Shown here piece by piece: positions 27,081 through 37,270 of a DNA stretch of 64,000 bases. Both the position numbers and the translations under genes were made by a program. The first letter of the stretch is position 1, and each line of letters starts with the position of its first letter. Under the pieces are notes generated by a model. It was not told the origin of the DNA, made no database searches, and worked only from the letters and a program-made list of their open reading frames with translations. This DNA is from an uncultured Candidatus Saccharibacteria bacterium (GTDB lineage Bacteria > Patescibacteriota > Minisyncoccia > Phycocordibacterales > UBA9973): assembly GCA_964404925.1 (NCBI GenBank), contig CAYOLW010000002.1, forward strand, positions 38,995 through 102,994. The letters run 5' to 3'.

Positions 27081-28538
27081 ATGTCGACTATTGATGAAAT
27101 CAAAGAAGCTCGTCTCAAGAAATTAGATTTATTAAAATCAAAGGGGGTTGATCCGCATCCAGCGAATTCATTACGTGAGTTTAGTTTGGTGCACGTCATT
27201 AATAATTTTACTGATTTAGAAAACTCAAAAGAGTCACATTGGATTGCCGGCAGGATTATGTCTATGCGCGGGCAAGGTGCGATTATCTTTATAACTCTTT
27301 TTGATGGTACTGCTAGTTTCCAAGGCCTATTAAAGAAAGATGTACTAGGAGATGAGAAGCTTGGTTTCTTTAATGATGTTGTAGACATTGGGGACTTTAT
27401 CGAAATATATGGAACTTTTTTTGTAACCAAAAGAGGAGAGAAAACATGCGAAGTTACAGATTGGCGAATGCTGACTAAAACATTGGCGCCACTGCCTGAG
27501 AAGTGGCACGGTATCACTGACGATGATGAGCGATATCGCAAGCGATATTTAGATGTGCTAATGAATGCAGACCTACGGGAGCTTCTTGAAAAGAAATCAA
27601 AGTTTTGGAAGGCAACTCGTGATTTTATGCTTGCTGAAGGATTCCTTGAGGTAGAGACCCCAACCCTTGAGGTTACCACTGGTGGTGCTGAGGCTCGACC
27701 ATTTAAAACACACCACAATGATTATGATATGCCGGTATATCTGCGTATATCTGTAGGCGAGTTGTGGCAGAAAAGGCTCATGGCTGCAGGGTTTCCTAAA
27801 ACTTTTGAAATTGGGCGAGTTTATAGAAATGAAGGTTCAAGTCCTGATCACTTACAAGAATTCACTAATATGGAATTCTATTGGGCTTATGCAGATTATA
27901 AAAAGGGAATGGAATTGGTAGAAAAAATGTACAGATATATAGCCCAAGAAGTTTTTGGTACTACCAAGTTTTCTGTGCGTGGGCACGAATTTGATCTTGC
28001 AGATACTTGGCCGAGAATTGATTATCGAGATACTGTAAAAGAAAAAACTGGTATAGACACACTGTCTGCAACCCTAGAAGAAATGGAGTCTAAGGCCAAA
28101 GAACTCGGTATCAAGTATGAAGGACAAAATAGAGAAAGGCTCATTGATACACTTTGGAAGTATTGCAGAAAGACTATATCAGGTCCGGCATTTTTAGTGC
28201 ACCATCCAAAGATTGTTTCGCCACTTTCAAAGTCTTTACCAGAGAACCCAGATCTGACTGAACGATTCCAGCCTTTGATTGCTGGTAGTGAATTAGGTAA
28301 CGGTTTTTCTGAGCTGAATGATCCAGTAGATCAAAGAGAAAGATTTGAATTACAGCAACAACTGATTGAAAGAGGAGACGATGAGGCTATGATGCCTGAA
28401 TGGGAATTCGTAGAAATGCTCGAGCATGGCATGCCGCCTACTTGTGGCTTTGGTTTCGGTGAACGACTATTTGCCGTTTTAGCAGGGCAATCCATCCGTG
28501 AGACAGTAATGTTCCCATTGATGAAGCCACGAGAATAA
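27081..28538 (+). CDS. lysS: lysyl-tRNA synthetase (class II)
   Basis: OB anticodon-binding domain plus class II motifs (FEIGRVYRNEG, GSELGNGFSELNDP, GFGFGERL). Confidence 0.95.
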   Translation: MSTIDEIKEARLKKLDLLKSKGVDPHPANSLREFSLVHVINNFTDLENSKESHWIAGRIMSMRGQGAIIFITLFDGTASFQGLLKKDVLGDEKLGFFNDVVDIGDFIEIYGTFFVTKRGEKTCEVTDWRMLTKTLAPLPEKWHGITDDDERYRKRYLDVLMNADLRELLEKKSKFWKATRDFMLAEGFLEVETPTLEVTTGGAEARPFKTHHNDYDMPVYLRISVGELWQKRLMAAGFPKTFEIGRVYRNEGSSPDHLQEFTNMEFYWAYADYKKGMELVEKMYRYIAQEVFGTTKFSVRGHEFDLADTWPRIDYRDTVKEKTGIDTLSATLEEMESKAKELGIKYEGQNRERLIDTLWKYCRKTISGPAFLVHHPKIVSPLSKSLPENPDLTERFQPLIAGSELGNGFSELNDPVDQRERFELQQQLIERGDDEAMMPEWEFVEMLEHGMPPTCGFGFGERLFAVLAGQSIRETVMFPLMKPRE

Positions 28539-28555
28539 CGTGATATAATTTTTAT

Positions 28556-28900
28556 ATGAAATTTTTAGCAAAATTGTTAATAGGGGCACTCGCATTTTTA
28601 GGAGCAGCTTATATTGTTCCTGGAATTGATGTCAGCAGTTTCTATATTGCTGTTATTACTGCTTTTGTGTGGGGATTTATCAGCTTCTTTTTAAAGCCGA
28701 TTGTGCATTTGTTTGCATTACCGATAACTATCCTGACATTGGGTTTATTTTCTCTGGTGGTGAACGGACTTTTGTTCTGGCTGATGTCTACTTTTATAAA
28801 AGGATTTGTTGTTGAGAATTTCTTGGCTGCTGTATTGGGTGCTTTGGCGGTGTCTGTACTCGGTTGGGTAGGGAAGGAAATTTTCTTAAAAGAAGACTAG
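28556..28900 (+). CDS. 4-TM membrane protein of the phage-holin-4_2/DUF360-like type
   Basis: 114 aa with four predicted TM helices. Confidence 0.5.
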   Translation: MKFLAKLLIGALAFLGAAYIVPGIDVSSFYIAVITAFVWGFISFFLKPIVHLFALPITILTLGLFSLVVNGLLFWLMSTFIKGFVVENFLAAVLGALAVSVLGWVGKEIFLKED

Positions 28901-28923
28901 TATATAAATACATAAATATCAGT

Positions 28924-28952
28924 AAAAAAGCCTTGTAATACAAGGCTTTTTT
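28924..28952 (+). terminator. rho-independent terminator
   Basis: AAAAAGCCTTG-taata-CAAGGCTTTTTT. Confidence 0.8.
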
Positions 28953-28988
28953 ACTGTGTAGTTATCCACATTGAGGTATTATATTTAT

Positions 28989-29041
28989 TTGCGACCTAAT
29001 GCGAAGTGGTGTACAATGTTAGGCAAGTGGGAAAAAGTGGG
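28989..29041 (+). promoter_or_regulatory. Pmra-type sigma-70 promoter (TTGCGA-n17-TACAAT) followed by MraZ-box direct repeats (GTGGT, GTGGG, GTGGG)
   Basis: -35 at 28989-28994, -10 at 29012-29017. GTGGG repeats at 29027-29031 and 29037-29041 with 10-nt periodicity, just upstream of mraZ. Confidence 0.6.
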
Positions 29042-29069
29042 AAATTAAGTTTTGAGGTTTAATAACAAC

Positions 29070-29507
29070 ATGTTGATCGGCGAATATACACACACCATAG
29101 ATGAAAAAAATCGCATGTCACTTCCGGCGAAATTTCGCACGGAACTCGGCAAAAAAGTTGTTATAACTCCAGGACTTGAAGATTGTTTGTTTGTATTCAA
29201 CATGAAGGAGTGGACGAAGGTTAAAAATAAACTTTCTAACTCTGAATCTGATTTATCTTTTCTTTCAGCCGATAGACGTAGTTTTAATAGATTTATGTTT
29301 GGTCGGGCTGCAGAAGTGGAGATTGATTCGATTGGACGAATACTTCTACCGAGCTTTCTGAAAGAAAGACTTGGACTGAAGGATAAAGCCATTGTTGTGG
29401 GGGTAGAAGATAGAGTTGAAATTTGGCATGAAAAAGCTTGGGATAAATACAAGGCCGAGATAGAAAAACAAGCCAGCGGATTAGCAGAAAAGTTATCACA
29501 GCAATAA
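29070..29507 (+). CDS. mraZ: transcriptional regulator MraZ
   Basis: MLIGEYTHTIDEKNRMSLPAKFR plus the second SpoVT/AbrB repeat RILLPSFL; first gene of the dcw cluster. Confidence 0.85.
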   Translation: MLIGEYTHTIDEKNRMSLPAKFRTELGKKVVITPGLEDCLFVFNMKEWTKVKNKLSNSESDLSFLSADRRSFNRFMFGRAAEVEIDSIGRILLPSFLKERLGLKDKAIVVGVEDRVEIWHEKAWDKYKAEIEKQASGLAEKLSQQ

Positions 29508-29509
29508 TC

Positions 29510-30397
29510 ATGTCGAGTGTACACGAAAGTGTTCTTTTAAATGAAACAGTTCTGGGTTTAAACCTAGAATCAACACAGGATTCACTGGTTGTTGATACGA
29601 CTTTTGGTGGTGGTGGTCATAGCATCCATGTGCTTAAAACCCATCCTTTGTCGAAAGTTGTAGCCACAGATCAAGACAAGGGAGCTTGGGATAGGGCTGC
29701 CTATAAATTTAAAGATTTCATTGATAGAATTTCTTTTCTTAATTTAAATTTTAGAGAAATAGGCGGACTAGATATAAACCCAGACGGGGTGATGATGGAT
29801 TTAGGTTTGTCATCTGACCAGTTGGATAATTCAGGCAGAGGTTTTACTTTTCGTAAAAATGAACCATTGCTCATGACCATGATGGAGAATCCAGGCGAAG
29901 ATGATTTAACAGCACGAGAAATAGTGAATACCTGGGATGCAGAGAACATTGAAGCTATATTGCGTGGCTATGGAGAAGAAAAATTCGCCAAAAGGATTGC
30001 CACTGGGATAGCGGAGGCTCGAGAAATTACACCAATTGAAAATACTTTTGATTTGGTGGCAGTGATTGAGGATTCTGTGCCTGGTTTTTACAAAAGAGGC
30101 AAGATTCATCCAGCTACTCGTACATTTCAAGCTTTGAGAATGGCCGTAAATGATGAGATGAATACCTTGAGATTAGGATTAGAGGGATCATTCAAAATTT
30201 TAAAAAGTGGTGGGAGACTTGCCGTGATTAGTTTCCATAGTGGAGAAGATAGAATTGTAAAGAATTTTTTTAAAGACAGAGCAATTAGCAAAGAAGGTAT
30301 TTTAATAAACAAAAAGCCAATTCTGCCAAGTGCAGAAGAAATAAAAAACAATAAAAGGTCGCGTAGTGCAAAATTAAGAATTATTCAAAAAAATTAA
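29510..30397 (+). CDS. rsmH: 16S rRNA (cytosine1402-N4)-methyltransferase RsmH/MraW
   Basis: HESVLLNE...DTTFGGGGHS SAM motif; conserved dcw position. Confidence 0.9.
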   Translation: MSSVHESVLLNETVLGLNLESTQDSLVVDTTFGGGGHSIHVLKTHPLSKVVATDQDKGAWDRAAYKFKDFIDRISFLNLNFREIGGLDINPDGVMMDLGLSSDQLDNSGRGFTFRKNEPLLMTMMENPGEDDLTAREIVNTWDAENIEAILRGYGEEKFAKRIATGIAEAREITPIENTFDLVAVIEDSVPGFYKRGKIHPATRTFQALRMAVNDEMNTLRLGLEGSFKILKSGGRLAVISFHSGEDRIVKNFFKDRAISKEGILINKKPILPSAEEIKNNKRSRSAKLRIIQKN

Positions 30398-30757
30398 ATG
30401 AACAAAATGCAAAATTCAATAAAAAACAATACTCTGATTAATACCCTAGAAGAGAACATCGAAATTCGAGTTAGAATGCTACAAGTTGCTTTTGCAGGTT
30501 TTGTCTTTTTTGCACTTCTGTATCTTTTCTTTTTAGGTAGTGCTGTATTTAATGTTGTTGAGCGTAAATCACTCGAAGCTGAGGCGCATACATTATCTAA
30601 CCAAATAGGTGAATTAGAACTCAAATATTTACAAGTTTCTGGACAAATTGATCGTGATTTATCAAAAAGTATGGGTTTTGAAGAGATAGCACAGAATTTT
30701 GCTACTCGTGAATCAATAACTTTAATTGGAGAAAAAATCGCAAGAAATGAAATCTAA
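30398..30757 (+). CDS. ftsL: FtsL-like cell division protein
   Basis: 119 aa with one TM helix and a coiled coil, positioned between rsmH and ftsI. Confidence 0.55.
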   Translation: MNKMQNSIKNNTLINTLEENIEIRVRMLQVAFAGFVFFALLYLFFLGSAVFNVVERKSLEAEAHTLSNQIGELELKYLQVSGQIDRDLSKSMGFEEIAQNFATRESITLIGEKIARNEI

Positions 30758-32462
30758 TTTTGGATCTAGGAGCAAAGTAATTGTCTTGGTTTTTGTATTT
30801 ATAGCTTTTATCTTTGGGATAAAGCTTTTTTTTGTTCAGATCCTCCATGGCAGGACATACTCTGAATTAGCTGATCGGCAATACGTGACACCAGCTACCA
30901 ATATATTTGAACGAGGAGATGTTTTCTTTCAAAGCCAAGATGGGACCTTGGTATCTGCTGCTACTCAAACCCAAGGATATAAATTAGCGGTTAATCCAGA
31001 AAAAATAAAAGACAAAGAAAAAGCATATACTGCCATCCATGAAATTCTACCTCATGTATTACATGAAGAATTCATAGCCAAGGCCAGCAAGTCAAATGAT
31101 CCATACGAAGAGATAATAAGCGGTATGACCCGCGAAGAAGCAGATAAAATATCTGCATTGAAGATTGCTGGAATAGAAATTCATAAAGAAAAATGGAGAT
31201 TTTATCCTGGGAAAAATTTAGCTTCACAGACCTTGGGTTTTGTGGCCTATCGTGGCGATGAATTAAGCGGACGCTATGGATTGGAAAGGCAGTATGATGC
31301 TGTTTTGACGAGGAATGCTGATAATCCGTATGTTAACTTTTTTGCTGAAGTTTTCTCAAATATCAAAGATGGGTTATTTTCCGGTGAAGATAAAAAAGGA
31401 AATATTGTTACAACCATTGAACCAAAGGTGCAAACTTTCTTAGAAAGGGAATTATCTGATGTTCAAAAAAAATATAGTGTTGATCAGATTGGTGGCATAA
31501 TAATGAATCCTCAGGATGGTGCGATATATGCATTGTCGACTAAACCTGATTTTGATTTGAATGATTTTAAATCTGTAAAAAATCCTTTACTCTACAGAAA
31601 TCCTTTCGTTGAAGACGTGCTCGAATTTGGATCGGTGGTGAAGCCTCTAGTAATGGCCGCTGCACTTGATGCCAAGGTGGTAACTGCCAATACTACCTAT
31701 ACAGACCATGGCATGGTGACTGTTGATAAAAAACAGATTTATAACTTTGACAAAAAAGGACGCGGACCAAACACCACCATGCAAGACGTATTGAATCAAT
31801 CTCTTAATACTGGTATGGTTTTTACCTATCAGCGTTTAGGTAAAGAAAAAATACGTGATTATTTATATGCTTTTGGTATCAAGGAAAAAACAGGAATAGA
31901 TTTACCAAACGAAACCAGTGGTTTAACCAGTAATCTGAAAGCCCCAAGGGATTTAGAGTATGCGAATGCTGCTTTCGGCCAGGGTATTGCACTCACTCCA
32001 ATCGAGATGGTGCGAGCACTGGCTTCACTTGGTAACAAGGGTGTTTTGGTTACACCACACATAGCAGAGAGGATAAAATACGATGATGGTACTGAAAAAA
32101 AACTTGAATACGAAACCAAGCCCACAATGATTAGTGCTGCAGCAAGTGAAGAGATTACCAGAATGCTCGTGACAGTTATGGATAAATCATTAAAAAATGG
32201 GGAAGCAAAATTTCCTCATTATAGTATCGCTGTAAAAACAGGAACAGGGCAAGTTGCCAATAATCAAGACGGAGGTTACTATGAGGATAGGAATACCCAT
32301 TCCTTTTTTGGCTATTTTCCTGCTTATGATCCAAAGTTTATTGTTTTTCTATACGCAGTTAATCCAAAAGGTGTACCGTATGCATCCCAGACTTGGGCAG
32401 ACCCATTTCTAGATATTGCTAAATATTTGATTAACTACTATCAAGTTCCACCTGATCGATAA
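30726..32462 (+). CDS. ftsI: penicillin-binding protein FtsI-like transpeptidase
   Basis: TM anchor, dimerisation domain, and SVVKP (SxxK), SLN (SxN), KTGT motifs. The start may instead be the internal Met at 30747. Confidence 0.85.
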   Translation: MEKKSQEMKSNFGSRSKVIVLVFVFIAFIFGIKLFFVQILHGRTYSELADRQYVTPATNIFERGDVFFQSQDGTLVSAATQTQGYKLAVNPEKIKDKEKAYTAIHEILPHVLHEEFIAKASKSNDPYEEIISGMTREEADKISALKIAGIEIHKEKWRFYPGKNLASQTLGFVAYRGDELSGRYGLERQYDAVLTRNADNPYVNFFAEVFSNIKDGLFSGEDKKGNIVTTIEPKVQTFLERELSDVQKKYSVDQIGGIIMNPQDGAIYALSTKPDFDLNDFKSVKNPLLYRNPFVEDVLEFGSVVKPLVMAAALDAKVVTANTTYTDHGMVTVDKKQIYNFDKKGRGPNTTMQDVLNQSLNTGMVFTYQRLGKEKIRDYLYAFGIKEKTGIDLPNETSGLTSNLKAPRDLEYANAAFGQGIALTPIEMVRALASLGNKGVLVTPHIAERIKYDDGTEKKLEYETKPTMISAAASEEITRMLVTVMDKSLKNGEAKFPHYSIAVKTGTGQVANNQDGGYYEDRNTHSFFGYFPAYDPKFIVFLYAVNPKGVPYASQTWADPFLDIAKYLINYYQVPPDR

Positions 32463-32466
32463 TAAT

Positions 32467-33762
32467 ATGAAAAATCTTTTTAAAAAAGTTGTTACTAAAG
32501 TTTTAATTTTTGAATCCAAGCTGGTTATTCGGAAATATAATCCAAAAATAATTGCTGTCACGGGTTCCGTGGGCAAAACATCTACCAAGGATGCTATTTA
32601 TACTGTTATTTCAAAATTTGCCTATGTTCGTAAAAGTGAAAAAAGCTACAACAGTCAAATAGGATTACCTTTGACCGTGCTCGGCTTACCAAATGGTTGG
32701 AATAATCCGCTTGTCTGGACTGCAAATATTTTACGAGGTTTGTGGCTCATCATTTGGCCACATAAATATCCGAGCTGGCTAGTGCTTGAGGTTGGTGTTG
32801 GTAAGCCAGGAGATATGGCTGAGACAGCAGCCTGGCTGCGTACTGACATTGTGGTTATGACAACTATTCCTGAAACACCGGTCCATATTGAATTTTTTCA
32901 TTCTAGGAAACATTTGGTGGATGAAAAAGCTGAGCTTATAAAAACATTGAAAAAAAATGGAACCTTGATATTAAATGCTGACGACTCAACTATACTAGAA
33001 ATGAAATCCAGAACTAGAAATATAGTTGTGACTTATGGATTTAATGAAGATTCTGATTTGCGAGCTAGTGAAGAAAAAATAATGTATAGCGAGAGCGGCG
33101 CTCCAGAAGGTGTGACTTTTCGTATTGATGCTTCGGGCAAGAGTTTGCCAGTAGTCATGAAAGGAGTGTTTGGACAGAATCATATATATTGTGGACTAGC
33201 GGCTGTTGCTTGCGCCTATGTTTTGAAATTTAGTTTACTTGAAGCTATTGATGCTTTGGTTGTGCATGAGACTCCGGTTGGTAGGATGAAAGTTTTGAAG
33301 GGGATAAATGATATTGTAATTATTGATGATAGTTATAATTCTTCACCTATTGCGGCAGAGTCAGCTGTGTCTACCTTGGGTAAAATAGAAACCAAGGGTA
33401 GGAAAATAGCCGTATTAGGAGACATGCTGGAGCTTGGCAAACACACCGAGGAAGCACATCGTAATATAGGTAAAATGGCCCAAAGTAGTGCAGATGTTTT
33501 AGTAGTGGTTGGCCCGAGAGCTAAATTCTTTAAAGAAGGTGCTGTATCGGTAAAAATGCCTGAAAAAAATATCCATGATTTCAATACATCGGTTGAGGCT
33601 GCAGAGTTTATGAAAGGTTTTGTCCAAAACAGTGATATTGTACTGGTGAAAGGTTCACAAGGTATGCGAATGGAGAGAGTGGTAGTGGCCCTATTAGCAG
33701 ATTATGAAAAGCAGAAAAATTCTGTACCGAGACAAGACAGAGAATGGTTGGCTAAAAATTAA
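32467..33762 (+). CDS. murF: UDP-N-acetylmuramoyl-tripeptide--D-alanyl-D-alanine ligase
   Basis: IAVTGSVGKTSTKD P-loop, Mur ligase central and C-terminal domains. Confidence 0.9.
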   Translation: MKNLFKKVVTKVLIFESKLVIRKYNPKIIAVTGSVGKTSTKDAIYTVISKFAYVRKSEKSYNSQIGLPLTVLGLPNGWNNPLVWTANILRGLWLIIWPHKYPSWLVLEVGVGKPGDMAETAAWLRTDIVVMTTIPETPVHIEFFHSRKHLVDEKAELIKTLKKNGTLILNADDSTILEMKSRTRNIVVTYGFNEDSDLRASEEKIMYSESGAPEGVTFRIDASGKSLPVVMKGVFGQNHIYCGLAAVACAYVLKFSLLEAIDALVVHETPVGRMKVLKGINDIVIIDDSYNSSPIAAESAVSTLGKIETKGRKIAVLGDMLELGKHTEEAHRNIGKMAQSSADVLVVVGPRAKFFKEGAVSVKMPEKNIHDFNTSVEAAEFMKGFVQNSDIVLVKGSQGMRMERVVVALLADYEKQKNSVPRQDREWLAKN

Positions 33763-34106
33763 CTGCGTCCGTATTTGTCTTCAATCCTAATGATATCGGA
33801 TTCATCAAATTCACCCAAAGCTATTTCTAGGAATTCAATATCTGTGATACCCACCATTCTGTGGTGAGTGTTCACTGGTATTAATATTTCATCGCCTTCT
33901 TTCACTTCGCGTGTTTCTGTGCCAATGGTTGCTATCCCTACACCCTTTAATACTCGCCAAAATTCTGCCCGATTATTATGGTATTGCAGGCTGAAAGCCT
34001 CGCCTTTGTTAACGGTGATTATTTTAACTGTACTTTTTTGATTTAGGGTAAACCTTTCAAATTTACCCCAAGGTCTATTTTCAAAATTTTTATTGATTAT
34101 ATCCAT
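33759..34106 (-). CDS. cupin domain protein (mannose-6-phosphate isomerase-like)
   Basis: 115 aa with cupin motifs HxxxxE and the conserved His in VNTHHRMVG. Confidence 0.65.
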   Translation of the reverse strand: MDIINKNFENRPWGKFERFTLNQKSTVKIITVNKGEAFSLQYHNNRAEFWRVLKGVGIATIGTETREVKEGDEILIPVNTHHRMVGITDIEFLEIALGEFDESDIIRIEDKYGRS

Positions 34107-34115
34107 ATTTTTTTA

Positions 34116-34763
34116 TTATATATTAAAAGTTGATTTTATCTTTTTCATTGTATTCACACTGAATTCGGATAATAACATTTTTCTTAACTTCCGAAGCGTA
34201 ATTATTGAAATAATTATAATCAAACCTGAGAACATAATATTGTGTATTACTCTGGTGCCCGAGAATATTCTTTCTATGCTATGCGCGAAATAATAGCCCA
34301 CACCCATGGCAACCGGCACATACACCGCGAGTGCTAGGAAATCCACTTTGAGGAAATGCTTAAACGGTGTACCGACGCGGGCAGCAGTAATAGGGCCGAG
34401 TGCGCGGAGCTGGACTAAAAACCTGGAGACAAAGATAATTTTGTTAACGTGTTTTTTCAAGAAATCAGATTGGGTGTCTATGTCTACGTCTAATACTTTC
34501 TTTAATATATAATCAATAATTCGGTGCCCACGCCGAGCTAGGTAATAGACCACAGAGTCTATAATCAAAAGCCCAATAATCAAGAAGGTCATTATCTGGG
34601 TAAAAGAAATAAGCTCGGGTTTCAAATTGGCAAGATAGCCGAAATATATGAGGAATATTTCTTCAGGGATGGGAGGGAAGGCATTAGCAAATATTGCAAT
34701 CAGCACGAACCACGCAGGGGATATGTGATCAAGCGGCAAATTCACAAACGGCAGATTTTCCAT
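34116..34763 (-). CDS. DedA/VTT-domain membrane protein
   Basis: Multi-TM protein; start set at the internal Met MENLPF because the 47 upstream codons look non-coding. Confidence 0.6.
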   Translation of the reverse strand: MENLPFVNLPLDHISPAWFVLIAIFANAFPPIPEEIFLIYFGYLANLKPELISFTQIMTFLIIGLLIIDSVVYYLARRGHRIIDYILKKVLDVDIDTQSDFLKKHVNKIIFVSRFLVQLRALGPITAARVGTPFKHFLKVDFLALAVYVPVAMGVGYYFAHSIERIFSGTRVIHNIMFSGLIIIISIITLRKLRKMLLSEFSVNTMKKIKSTFNI

Positions 34764-35182
34764 TGATATATTATATAGTAGATTAAAGGCCTCTCGATAT
34801 TGACATAAACAAATATGCGGGTTAATATATAAAAGTGTAAGTTCTTTATACAAGTTGAATGATGACGAAAGAGTGCAATTTATTAGATTGTTTTCTTCCT
34901 TCATTAAATTAACTTAAACATGGGATCTCTTTTTCAAAAACCCTCTAAAGGGGTTGTTGTTGGAACATCAGCAACTATTTTTCTTTTGTTGCTTGTATTT
35001 ATTTTCCATCGGGAAATACTATTTTTTCTACAACATTACGTAAGTTTTGATTTGTCTGGCCACCCAGGAAATGGTGGCTACTAAAATTAAAATAACACCC
35101 GTTTTCGGCTTCATCGCGTAGTAATTACGTGGGAAGCCTTTTATTTTGCAAAAAATATAAATTTTGGTAGTATTTCCGTATT

Positions 35183-35283
35183 GGCCTCATCATTCAGTTA
35201 GGACAAGGGTTTGTCTTCCGCTGAGAGGAGTGAGCTTGGGCAATGGACCCGAGCGCAAGGCCGGAAGCTGTCGAGCTGAGGCG
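35183..35283 (+). ncRNA. tRNA-like degenerate fragment within a candidate structured RNA
   Basis: Shares GGCCTCATC and TTAGGACA with the tRNA-Glu 5' half 180 nt downstream, then diverges. Nested complementarity: GCCTCA/TGAGGC and CTTCCG/CGGAAG. Confidence 0.3.
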
Positions 35284-35360
35284 GGGTAGCAGAAATTTTT
35301 AGCAAAAAATTATCTGTGACCGATTCTCAGAATCGAACTTTGAAAAATTTAAAATATATT

Positions 35361-35432
35361 GGCCTCATCGTCTAACGGTTAGGACAGCGGGTTCTCAATC
35401 CGCTAATCGGAGTTCGATTCTCCGTGAGGTCA
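35361..35432 (+). tRNA. tRNA-Glu (anticodon CUC)
   Basis: GGCCTCATCGTCTAACGGTTAGGACAGCGGGTTCTCAATCCGCTAATCGGAGTTCGATTCTCCGTGAGGTCA; anticodon loop TTCTCAA. Confidence 0.8.
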
Positions 35433-35623
35433 CATGAGCGAAAAGCAGCTAAACTGCTTTAGCTGCGAGCGAAGTGTGAAGACGGAGGCATAATTCGCCA
35501 GTAGGCGAATAGCCGAGTCCGGGGCTGGAAAATTTGCGAGTGACGACGAGTAAATTATTGTAGCTCACACTATTTAAGTACGCGAAGCGTTCAAAATTCG
35601 GATGTCCGACGTCCGAAAACATT

Positions 35624-36520
35624 ATGAAAAAGTATATAAATTATCTATTATTTTTATTGGTAATATTAGGGATAATATATTTCTCTCTCAATTCATTTTT
35701 ACTGATAAATATTTTAAATATAAATTTACGATCTGTATATGACTTTATATATGACTGGCAACAGTTAATTGGTGCATTTTTAGGTGCATTAACTCCAATA
35801 GCACTTTTCTTGATAAATGAAAAATATCAAAAGAAACAAAAAAAGAAAGCACATCTTTTGCTGTTAGAAAAAAGTATTATTTTAGCAATAAACAATTTGA
35901 GCGATATAGACAATATGCTCCATCGTTTCAATAGTAATCAACTTACAGTAGCAAAACAAAGAATAGCGAATGAGTCATTAAAAAATCAATATTCTGTTGG
36001 GCAGATTTTCATACCCCTTACAGCTACCTTTTCTTTTTCTGATGAGTTAATGAATGAAACCACAGACAGTAATTACATAGAAAATCTCAAAATGGATGTT
36101 TATGCCACATCAAAAGAACTGCCTATTTTGTTACAAGATCTTAACAGGCAATTTGATAGAAACATAAACCTCAATACCCAAATATCAATAGCAAAATTAA
36201 ATGACCCTAAAATGCAAAATACAGTATTTTTATCTAATATTACTGACTTTGAGAAGTATTTATATGCCGAAGTCTTTGGACATAACATTCCAGTATATTT
36301 AAGAAAGCTCGTGACATTACTTATTGCTTTAAAGAAAATGAATAGCTTAGGGTTAAAAAAATGGAGAGCGACATTTCCTTTTAAACAACCATATACACAA
36401 GAAATTGATGAAAAAATATCAGCATATTTCTCCGAAGAGATAAATAATAAAATAAAAGAATTAGATAAAAGTTTCAAATCAAAACTTTTATTAGTTGAAG
36501 AGAAAAGTAGTATAGTTTAG
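35624..36520 (+). CDS. hypothetical membrane protein (two N-terminal TM helices)
   Basis: 298 aa, very AT-rich, no recognisable family. Confidence 0.5.
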   Translation: MKKYINYLLFLLVILGIIYFSLNSFLLINILNINLRSVYDFIYDWQQLIGAFLGALTPIALFLINEKYQKKQKKKAHLLLLEKSIILAINNLSDIDNMLHRFNSNQLTVAKQRIANESLKNQYSVGQIFIPLTATFSFSDELMNETTDSNYIENLKMDVYATSKELPILLQDLNRQFDRNINLNTQISIAKLNDPKMQNTVFLSNITDFEKYLYAEVFGHNIPVYLRKLVTLLIALKKMNSLGLKKWRATFPFKQPYTQEIDEKISAYFSEEINNKIKELDKSFKSKLLLVEEKSSIV

Positions 36521-36526
36521 GTTTTT

Positions 36527-37270
36527 ATGAAAAAAATAAACAAAACAAATACAGACATTGTGGCAATTAAAGAGCAAAATCAAGTCTCTGTCCTTAGAGA
36601 TCCAAATTTATTAAAACCATTTTTGGAACAACCAAAACTAAAGATTGCAGAATTTATTACAGGAGCTTTATCTAATGGTCTTTCAGATTGGACAAAGATA
36701 GGCGGTAGGTTGGTTCAAGGAGTAATAGTTGGAAATTTAATGACACAAGTTGGAAGAGAGATAAATAAACTCATAGATGAAGGAAAAATTAAAGAAAACT
36801 ATGCTGAAACAAAATATGGATTTAAATCATTAGAAGAATTATTGAAATTTATTGATAGTGAAGCACCCGACGAAGATAGATTTAATGCTGTGAAAGCGAT
36901 GTTTTTTGCTTTAAATAGCGTTGACGTGAAAAATTTAGGTGAAGAAATATTGCGTTATCAGTTATTTCATGTATCAACCAAATTGAGTTCATCTCAATTA
37001 TTAACTATGAGAGCTGCATATGAGTTTAAGAAAAATCATACACAACATAGTAGCGCTGAGGCGTGGTTGCAAGATATTTCAAAACAAATAGGTCATAACT
37101 CTAAAGGTTTAGTAGAAAATGATGAAACTGTTTTAGAACAGGAAAAATTAATTACAGGCAGGACATATAATGACAGAAGTGGAGTTAGGGGTCACAATGG
37201 CAGATTGAGTGATTTTGGAATTTCATTAGTTGAATATATATTAAAGTATGAAAATTATATTGAAGAATAA
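36527..37270 (+). CDS. hypothetical soluble protein, operon partner of the upstream membrane protein
   Basis: 247 aa, no recognisable motif; starts 7 nt after the upstream stop. Confidence 0.5.
   Translation: MKKINKTNTDIVAIKEQNQVSVLRDPNLLKPFLEQPKLKIAEFITGALSNGLSDWTKIGGRLVQGVIVGNLMTQVGREINKLIDEGKIKENYAETKYGFKSLEELLKFIDSEAPDEDRFNAVKAMFFALNSVDVKNLGEEILRYQLFHVSTKLSSSQLLTMRAAYEFKKNHTQHSSAEAWLQDISKQIGHNSKGLVENDETVLEQEKLITGRTYNDRSGVRGHNGRLSDFGISLVEYILKYENYIEE

Noticed and set aside
35183-35620. RNase P RNA or SRP RNA identity for the structured region around tRNA-Glu(CUC)
   Set aside because: Short resemblances (GCAAGGCC..GGAAGC; AGTCCGGGGCT) to conserved RNase P and SRP segments exist, but the order and context do not match either consensus and a tRNA sits in the middle. 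This cannot be supported without covariance models.
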